Shown here: positions 17,891 to 24,000 of the stretch, in pieces
How the letters are laid out: the number at the start of each line of letters is the position of its first letter
How positions within the stretch are numbered: position 1 is the stretch's first letter
Assembly (NCBI GenBank): GCA_017446885.1
Contig: JAFSOR010000018.1
Location: 40,758-64,757, forward strand
Source: Spirochaetia bacterium
GTDB taxonomy: Bacteria; Spirochaetota; Spirochaetia; CADAEX01
Direction of reading: 5' to 3'
DNA length: 24,000 nucleotides
Program-made: the position numbers and the translations under genes
Notes under the pieces: model-generated
Databases searched by the model: none
Seen by the model: the letters and a program-made list of their open reading frames with translations, nothing else
Told to the model about the DNA's origin: nothing

Positions 17891-19182
17891 GCGATTACAG
17901 ATGCAATAATATCCATTGCTTTGTCATAATCTGAATCAGCAATTGTCATGACAGCAGAAATCGGCGAACCGCCATAGTTCAAGTTGTCTATATCTATACC
18001 TGCTTCGGTAAGGGCCTTTAGAATCTTGAAAAGCGGTGCAAAGGAGGAAATAAGCCCCTCGCCTATTATGCCCACAACAGCAACTCCCGATCTGTAGCTG
18101 ACTTTCTCTATGCCCAGGTTGGCCTTGAGCCTTGACGTCAGGTCATCCCAGTCAATCATGTGCTCATCTTTCACATAGAAGTTGAGTGTATCTATTCCCT
18201 TAAGCTCGAAAGAAATAATAAGCCCCAGGGCTCCCAGCTCCTTCTTTAGCTCAAAGTGCAGGTCGTGCATATCCTCAAGCTTGTACTTTTCTATTGTTAT
18301 CCTGCGGAACCGCCGCTTGCCAGCTATTCCGACCACAGGATCCCTGGATGAGTCCCGCTGGGAATTGATGAAAGTACCGGGTTCTTCCGGTGCATTTGTG
18401 TTCTTGATGTTTATAGTGATATCTGCCTGACGTGCCGGTGCAATAGCCTCCTCATGGAAAACATTGGCGCCAAGATATGCCATCTCACGCATCTCTTTGT
18501 AGGTGATTTCTGGCACTGGCCGGGCATTTTTTGTTATGCGCGGATCGCAGGTGTAGGTGCCTGACACATCGGTCCAGTTCTCATAGACATCGGCATTAAG
18601 CGCCTTGGCGTAGATAGAGCCGGTGATGTCTGAACCGCCGCGCGAGAATGTCTTTATGTTGCCGTCGGGGCCAAGGCCGTAGAAGCCTGGAACCACATAG
18701 CTTTTGGCAGGGTCGATCTGTGCCTTTATAAGGTCGTAAGTCTCGGGCAGAATCTCGCCATGTTCTCCTATGCGTATTACCTTGGCGCTGTCTATGAACT
18801 CAAATCCGAAGTAGAGCGATATAAGCTTGGCATTAAGGTATTCTCCGCGGCTTGCGGCATAATCGGGGCTGCATTTGTCCATAAGGTGAGACTTGATTGC
18901 AACCAGTTCCTCCTTAAGGTCTGATGTTATATCAAGGACTGCTGCAATCTGGAGATAGCGGTTTCTTATCTTGTCCCATACTGCTGTGATATCTTTATCG
19001 TTGTTTGCAAGGTTATGGCATTTATAGAGGAGATCTGTAATTTTATCATCCTCTTTATCCCGCTTTCCGGGAGCAGAGACAACAACAATCCTTCTGTCTG
19101 GATTGGCCTTAACAATAGCCTGAGTCTTGGAAATCTGAACCGCATCGGCCACAGAGCTTCCACCGAATTTGCAAACAATCAT
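17887..19182 (-). CDS. lysC: Aspartate kinase
   Basis: MIVCKFGGSSVADAVQISK, VVVSAPGKR, FSRGGSDITGSIYAKAL, YENWTDVSG, C-terminal ACT-like region. AAAAGGAGAG RBS. Confidence 0.94.
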   Translation of the reverse strand: MIVCKFGGSSVADAVQISKTQAIVKANPDRRIVVVSAPGKRDKEDDKITDLLYKCHNLANNDKDITAVWDKIRNRYLQIAAVLDITSDLKEELVAIKSHLMDKCSPDYAASRGEYLNAKLISLYFGFEFIDSAKVIRIGEHGEILPETYDLIKAQIDPAKSYVVPGFYGLGPDGNIKTFSRGGSDITGSIYAKALNADVYENWTDVSGTYTCDPRITKNARPVPEITYKEMREMAYLGANVFHEEAIAPARQADITINIKNTNAPEEPGTFINSQRDSSRDPVVGIAGKRRFRRITIEKYKLEDMHDLHFELKKELGALGLIISFELKGIDTLNFYVKDEHMIDWDDLTSRLKANLGIEKVSYRSGVAVVGIIGEGLISSFAPLFKILKALTEAGIDIDNLNYGGSPISAVMTIADSDYDKAMDIIASVIA

Positions 19183-19212
19183 CTTTCTCTCCTTTTAAGG
19201 AATGATGGAAAT

Positions 19213-19241
19213 ATTAAACACAATTAAAAACAAATATTCAA
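19213..19241 (-). promoter_or_regulatory. Putative promoter of lysC
   Basis: Minus strand TTGAAT (19241..19236), 17-bp spacer, TTTAAT (19218..19213). Confidence 0.5.
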
Positions 19242-19255
19242 GACTTTTCTGTACC

Positions 19256-19284
19256 TTGACTACCTAAATATTATAATATATCTT
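19256..19284 (+). promoter_or_regulatory. Putative promoter of the dicarboxylate symporter gene
   Basis: TTGACT (19256..19261), 17-bp spacer, TATCTT (19279..19284); also a TATAAT at 19272..19277. Very close to the ATG at 19293. Confidence 0.45.
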
Positions 19285-19292
19285 TATATACC

Positions 19293-20522
19293 ATGAAGAT
19301 TTGGATTAAATACCTTATCGGAGCCATTGCCGGAATAATACTGGGCAACATGTTCACCAGTTTTTTTGCCGACCCCGTAGTGATGGATACTGGCAACAGA
19401 ATAATTCTGAGCATAGGAAAATACACGTTCTTCCCACTTATCCTGTTTGCTGTGGCATTCTCTGTATCCAAGCTGATGACAGAGCATCTCCTTTTCAAGG
19501 TATTTTTCAAGACCGTGATTTTTACTGTTCTTTCCTCGCTGGTCCTGACCATGGTGGGCGGCGGTGCGGCACTGATTGTGTTCCAGGGTCGCATTCCTAT
19601 AATCTCTGAAGGGACTGTAACTCTTAGCCTTCCTACCCTGGCACAGCACATAGCCATGATATTCCCGGACAACTTCTTTGCCATATTCACTGCAACTGGG
19701 AACTACCTTATGCCTATGCTGGTGCTGGCTATACTGGTGGGAATTAATATGGATCCATCAAACCTGCACACAAGGCCGGTCATACTTATATTCGACTCCG
19801 TGGCCCGCATTTTCTTCGATATAAACAGTCTTATCATAGAGTTCATGGCACTGGGAATTGTGTTCCTTTCGGCCACCATGACAGCATCGTTGATTGCAAA
19901 CCAGCAGCTTGAGCTTTATAAATACCTGCTTATAACTGTGGGATGCGCCGCCCTGTTTGTCATATTCATACTTATTCCTGCTGTAATGATACTCTGCTGC
20001 AGGCGTGGAAAGCCTTTCCAGTCGCTCTACGCTCTTCTGGCCCCTGCAATGGCAGCGTTTTTCTCGGGCGATGTCTACTTTGGGGCAACAACCCTTATCA
20101 AGAGCTCTTTCGAGAATATAGGTGCAAAACGCAAGGTGGGGGCACCTGTCATAGCATTCCTGACAGTGTTCAGCCGTGGCGGCACTGCCATGGTATCGGC
20201 CGCATCAATCATAATAATTATTAAATCGTATACTGGAATCGAGATAACCTGGCAGGATTTCTTTATCATAATGCTCCACACATTCCTGCTTTCGTTTATA
20301 TTGGGAGCTGTCCCGGGAATGGGCACGGCAATATCCATAACCATGCTCTGCAGGGGCTATGGTCACGGCATAGAGAACGGATACCTTATAATCCAGCCGG
20401 TAGCCGGGCTTTTGATAAGTTTCAGCGTCCTGGTCGACATAACAGTCATGGGTTTCATAAGCACGGTAATTGCCCAGCAGACCGACCTGCGTAAGGAAAT
20501 AAGCATAGTCAAGTTCACATAA
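19293..20522 (+). CDS. Dicarboxylate/amino acid:cation symporter (SDF/DAACS family)
   Basis: 409 aa polytopic; RIILSIGKYTFFPLILFAVAFSVSKL, MLVLAILVGINMDPS, AFLTVFSRGGTAMVSAAS, GAVPGMGTAISITMLCRGYG. Confidence 0.85.
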   Translation: MKIWIKYLIGAIAGIILGNMFTSFFADPVVMDTGNRIILSIGKYTFFPLILFAVAFSVSKLMTEHLLFKVFFKTVIFTVLSSLVLTMVGGGAALIVFQGRIPIISEGTVTLSLPTLAQHIAMIFPDNFFAIFTATGNYLMPMLVLAILVGINMDPSNLHTRPVILIFDSVARIFFDINSLIIEFMALGIVFLSATMTASLIANQQLELYKYLLITVGCAALFVIFILIPAVMILCCRRGKPFQSLYALLAPAMAAFFSGDVYFGATTLIKSSFENIGAKRKVGAPVIAFLTVFSRGGTAMVSAASIIIIIKSYTGIEITWQDFFIIMLHTFLLSFILGAVPGMGTAISITMLCRGYGHGIENGYLIIQPVAGLLISFSVLVDITVMGFISTVIAQQTDLRKEISIVKFT

Positions 20523-20523
20523 T

Positions 20524-22050
20524 ATGGAAAAAGATAACACTTCTTTCTTAGATAAAGTCGCATACATAGACACAAAACTTGACGAGGTGCTTAAAAGTGC
20601 ATTCAAGACCGAGAAAAAATACAAGGCCAGGCTCAAAGGTATAGAGCCTGAATACAAAGCCAGCGCCATAAATCTTATGGACTATCTGGCATTCCGCAGC
20701 TTCGATATCGATAAGCTCCAGAAGAAAATGCAGAAACTGGGGTTCTCCGACCTGTCCGACATAAGCTCCCATGTGCGCCAGACCCTGATTTCGGTAAAAG
20801 GAATTGCCGACATGGTACTGGGAAGAAGCCCTAAGTATGAGGACGAGGAGTACATAACTGCACGCAAAAGCCAGAAACTTTTGGAATCAAACTGCGATGC
20901 CCTGTTCGGAACCAGGCCCGAGAAGCGCGGAACCAGGATCATGGTTACCATGCCGTCCCAGGCTGCCACCGACATCAAACTTATAGAATCGATGCTGGAT
21001 GCAGGCATGGACTGCGCCAGAATCAACTGTGCCCACGACACCCCCGAAATATGGGAAGCAATTATAGAGAACATACACACCGCCTCTAAGTCCATGGAAA
21101 AGGAGTGTTCCATAGTCATGGATATAGCAGGGCCTAAGATCCGCACTGGAAGCCTTGCCGGCGACCCTATAATAGTCAAGGAGGGCGACACTCTGGTGCT
21201 GACCCGGGACCTGACTCCCGGTGAAGGAAGGAAAGAGGGTGTGTGTGCCCACATAGGATGCACACTTGAGAATGTGTTCCAGTGTTCCAAGCCCGGAAAC
21301 CGTATCTACTACGACGACGGCAAGGTAGAAGGCAATATAGAGAAAGTAAGTCCAGACCAGATAGAAGTGCGCATAACCAATGCAAAATCCTCGGGCAGCA
21401 AGATAAAGGGCGATAAAGGGCTTAACTTCCCGGACACAAAGCTTAACTGCCACGGCTTTACCCCAAAGGACAAGGAGCATCTGGACATAATTGCCCAGAA
21501 TCAGAAGAAGTGGAAAATCCAGGCACTTAACCTGTCGTTCGTGAACAATCCGGCAGAGCTTGACATGATGATAAACGACATCAAGAAGCTGGGACTTAAG
21601 ACAGGAATAATAATCAAGATAGAGACAGAGCAGGCTTTCGAGCATCTGCCGGGCATAATACTGTCGGCCATGCAGATTTACCCTGCCGGAATTATGCTGG
21701 CACGGGGCGACCTGGCCATAGAGACTGGCTGGAAAAACTTTGCAACCATCCAGGAAGAGATTATCCGCATTACTGCAGCAGCCCATCTGCCCCTTGTATG
21801 GGCAACCCAGGTGCTCGAGACCCTGGCCAAGGATGGAGTGCCTACCCGGGCCGAGATTACCGATGCGGCGCTTTCGGAGCGTTCTTCCTGTGTCATGCTC
21901 AACAAGGGCAAGTATATTGTAATGGCTATACGGATGCTGGATAAAATTGTGCGCCGCATGGAGAAGTTCCGCACCAAGAGCGAGAACGTTCTGCCTAAAC
22001 TGGATGGGGCCGAGAAGCTTATGCTCTCGCACAGGAAATATGATATCTGA
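20524..22050 (+). CDS. Atypical pyruvate kinase-like protein with N-terminal extension and no canonical C-terminal domain
   Basis: Pyruvate-kinase-like blocks from about residue 136: LDAGMDCARINCAHD, IVMDIAGPKIRTGSL, IYYDDGKVEG, IIIKIETEQAFEHLPGII, GIMLARGDLAIETGW, LPLVWATQVLETLAKDGVPTRAEITDAAL. Confidence 0.82.
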   Translation: MEKDNTSFLDKVAYIDTKLDEVLKSAFKTEKKYKARLKGIEPEYKASAINLMDYLAFRSFDIDKLQKKMQKLGFSDLSDISSHVRQTLISVKGIADMVLGRSPKYEDEEYITARKSQKLLESNCDALFGTRPEKRGTRIMVTMPSQAATDIKLIESMLDAGMDCARINCAHDTPEIWEAIIENIHTASKSMEKECSIVMDIAGPKIRTGSLAGDPIIVKEGDTLVLTRDLTPGEGRKEGVCAHIGCTLENVFQCSKPGNRIYYDDGKVEGNIEKVSPDQIEVRITNAKSSGSKIKGDKGLNFPDTKLNCHGFTPKDKEHLDIIAQNQKKWKIQALNLSFVNNPAELDMMINDIKKLGLKTGIIIKIETEQAFEHLPGIILSAMQIYPAGIMLARGDLAIETGWKNFATIQEEIIRITAAAHLPLVWATQVLETLAKDGVPTRAEITDAALSERSSCVMLNKGKYIVMAIRMLDKIVRRMEKFRTKSENVLPKLDGAEKLMLSHRKYDI

Positions 22051-22696
22051 AAAATCAATCAAATTCCTTAAGTCCATAGTACTGCCTGCAGTTATTTATC
22101 TGTTTCTTTTCAATCCGCTCTACAGCGAGCAGGATCAGCATATATCACTGACCATAGGCTCTATTCTGTTTTCTGTAGGCATATCTGCAGTACAGCTGGC
22201 CATAATCTTTTTTGTCATGATAAAATTCAACCATATTTCTTTAAAAGAGACTGGCCTTTTCTCATTTTCTTATAAAAACCTGCTTGAGCTTATTCCAAGC
22301 ATTCTCCTTATTTATTCATTCTATTTTGTCGCTCTTCTTGTGCTGCTTATTGCCACAGGCTCTGCCGAAGATCCTGGAATAATAACAATAGAACTGCATG
22401 CCCCGCTCTGGATACTGGCTCTTATGATGCTGGGTGTGGGCTACTGCGAGGAGCTTTTTTTCAGGATATATCTGGTTGAGGCCTTTGGAACAGTGCTGGG
22501 GAAAAAGGCTGCCATTCTTATAAGCGCCCTGCTCTTTGCACTGGGGCATATGTATCAGGGATTCCTGGCTGTAATAATAATTTTTTTTATTGCCCTGGCT
22601 TTCCATTGGATTTACGAAAAATACAGGAGTCTGCATGTGAATGCAATTACCCATGCTGTGTTTGATGTGGTTTCTGTGCTTTTGAATGGAGTATGA
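22040..22696 (+). CDS. CPBP family intramembrane metalloprotease (CAAX/Abi type)
   Basis: Multi-TM protein with YCEELFFRIYLVEAF (EExxxR-type motif), LISALLFALGHMYQG, HVNAITHAVFD. Start at 22040 preferred over the track start at 21947. Confidence 0.86.
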   Translation: MISEKSIKFLKSIVLPAVIYLFLFNPLYSEQDQHISLTIGSILFSVGISAVQLAIIFFVMIKFNHISLKETGLFSFSYKNLLELIPSILLIYSFYFVALLVLLIATGSAEDPGIITIELHAPLWILALMMLGVGYCEELFFRIYLVEAFGTVLGKKAAILISALLFALGHMYQGFLAVIIIFFIALAFHWIYEKYRSLHVNAITHAVFDVVSVLLNGV

Positions 22697-23625
22697 TCAT
22701 GATTCAGTCTTTCACCACCGTATTCCAGCAGATAGTAATCCTGTTCATAATGATAGCTGTAGGGTTTGTCTGCTCTAGGCGCGGTCTGCTGTCGCCGCTT
22801 ACAATAAAAGAGCTTTCCAAGTTCATTATTTATATTGTCACACCGTGTATTGTGGTAGAATCGTTCAACCGGCCATTTGACAGGGCTATGCTGGGCAATA
22901 TGGGAATCGCATGCGCCGCAGCCATCGGTGCCCATGTGCTAAATATAATACTCTCTAGAATCTTTGTCCGCGATAAGGAGCACAGCAGGCAGGTTGTATA
23001 CCAGTTTGCCACCATATTCAGCAACTGCGGCTTTATGGGGCTGCCCCTGCAGCAGGCCATACTTGGAAACGACGGCGTCTTTTACGGCGCTGTGTTCATT
23101 GCTATTTTCAATGTATTCACCTGGACTTACGGTTTTATCCTTATGGGAAGCCATGGCGACAGGATAAAGCTTAAGGAGATACTGCTTAACCCGGGAGTTC
23201 TGGGAGTGGCAGCAGGCTTCATAGTATTTGTCACATCGGTCAGGATTCCACATGTCCTGCTTGTGCCCATAAAGGGGTTTGCAGCACTGAACACGCCGCT
23301 TCCTATGGTAGTGGTGGGCTATTACCTGTCGCAGATAACTTCGCTCAAGGTGCTCAAGGACAAGAATCTGGTTATTACTACAGTAATAAAGCTGCTGGCA
23401 GCTCCCCTGCTGGCTCTTTTAATAATCTATCTGGCAGGAATAAGGGGACTGCTCCTTACATCGCTTATCATATCGGCATCGGCTCCATCGGCAGCCAATA
23501 CTGTGATGTTCTCGGTCCTGTTCAACCGCGACACCAAGCTGGCAGTGACACTGGTATCGATATCGGTCCTGATATCGCTATTCACCATGCCGCTGGTTAT
23601 ATCGCTGGCCATGGCAGTTGCATAG
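22693..23625 (+). CDS. AEC (auxin efflux carrier) family transporter
   Basis: 310 aa; ATIFSNCGFMGLPLQQAILGNDGVFYGAVFIAIFNVFTWTYG, ASAPSAANTVMFSVLFNRD. Confidence 0.9.
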   Translation: MIMIQSFTTVFQQIVILFIMIAVGFVCSRRGLLSPLTIKELSKFIIYIVTPCIVVESFNRPFDRAMLGNMGIACAAAIGAHVLNIILSRIFVRDKEHSRQVVYQFATIFSNCGFMGLPLQQAILGNDGVFYGAVFIAIFNVFTWTYGFILMGSHGDRIKLKEILLNPGVLGVAAGFIVFVTSVRIPHVLLVPIKGFAALNTPLPMVVVGYYLSQITSLKVLKDKNLVITTVIKLLAAPLLALLIIYLAGIRGLLLTSLIISASAPSAANTVMFSVLFNRDTKLAVTLVSISVLISLFTMPLVISLAMAVA

Positions 23626-23632
23626 AGGTTTT

Positions 23633-24000
23633 ATGAAATTCATAACTGCGGCAACAGTACAGAAAGATGACAACGGCAAGCGGGCCGACAGAATCTTCCG
23701 CATTGTACTTGGAAAGATGCCCCTAAGCCGCATATACAAGGAAATCCGCAGCGGGTTCCTGCGCATCAATGGCAAAAAAACAAAAGAGGATTCCAAGGTA
23801 TCGGCAGGTGACACTGTTGATGTTGCCGAGATTCTTTTGGAGTTTGCAGAGGTTTCAGAGCACAAGAGATCAGAGCACACAGTTAATAAAGAAGCATTCA
23901 GAAAACGGATAGTTTTCGAGGACGACGGCATCCTGGTCATAAATAAAAAGAAAGGAGAACTGGTGCATTCCGACGGGTATTCAAAAAGGTTCACACCCCT
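23633..24000 (+). CDS. RluC/RluD-family pseudouridine synthase, N-terminal part (truncated by window end)
   Basis: Open frame from ATG 23633 to the window end: MKFITAATVQKDDNGKRADRIFRIVLGKMPLSRIYKEIRSGFLRINGKKTKEDSKVSAGDTVDV (S4-like) ... IVFEDDGILVINKKKGELVHSDG. Confidence 0.88.
   Translation, partial: MKFITAATVQKDDNGKRADRIFRIVLGKMPLSRIYKEIRSGFLRINGKKTKEDSKVSAGDTVDVAEILLEFAEVSEHKRSEHTVNKEAFRKRIVFEDDGILVINKKKGELVHSDGYSKRFTP

Noticed and set aside
19183-19292. Lysine riboswitch upstream of lysC
   Set aside because: The intergenic space is only about 110 bp, shared by two divergent promoters, and shows no room or helices for an L-box.
19284-19649. Minus-strand ORFs opposite the symporter gene (also 19271..19690)
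   Set aside because: Both lie opposite the well-supported SDF symporter; low-complexity basic translations without motifs.
21947-22039. N-terminal extension of the CPBP protease ORF
   Set aside because: It overlaps the conserved end of the pyruvate-kinase-like gene out of frame and is not membrane-protein-like; the ATG at 22040 is preferred.

Overview
This 24-kb window looks like ordinary, densely packed core chromosome. I saw no CRISPR array, transposon, phage module, rRNA or obvious defence island. Gene content suggests a host-associated anaerobe, possibly a Treponema-like spirochaete; that is my inference, not something proven here. Layout: sfsA and an NhaC-type antiporter (-); a five-gene plus-strand cluster of flavoprotein, OhrR/MarR-like regulator, glutathione peroxidase, metallo-beta-lactamase protein with a C-terminal rubredoxin domain, and MATE transporter; a long minus-strand operon gap-pgk-tpiA-secG-parvulin PPIase-nusB-map-phosphoribosyltransferase; a TIGR02757-type gene; a tRNA with CAU anticodon carrying its own promoter and terminator; yajC-secD-secF; lysC-D,D-carboxypeptidase-small ORF; then a plus-strand run of dicarboxylate symporter, atypical pyruvate-kinase-like protein, CPBP protease, AEC transporter and a truncated rluC/D-type gene. 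The most interesting items are the probable anaerobic peroxide-response operon with a short rubredoxin domain fused to an MBL enzyme and a nearby palindrome, the divergent pyruvate-kinase-like protein, the tRNA(CAU) with Ile2-type identity elements and a T-stem mismatch, and several compact promoter arrangements. I found no strong evidence for a wholly novel system.
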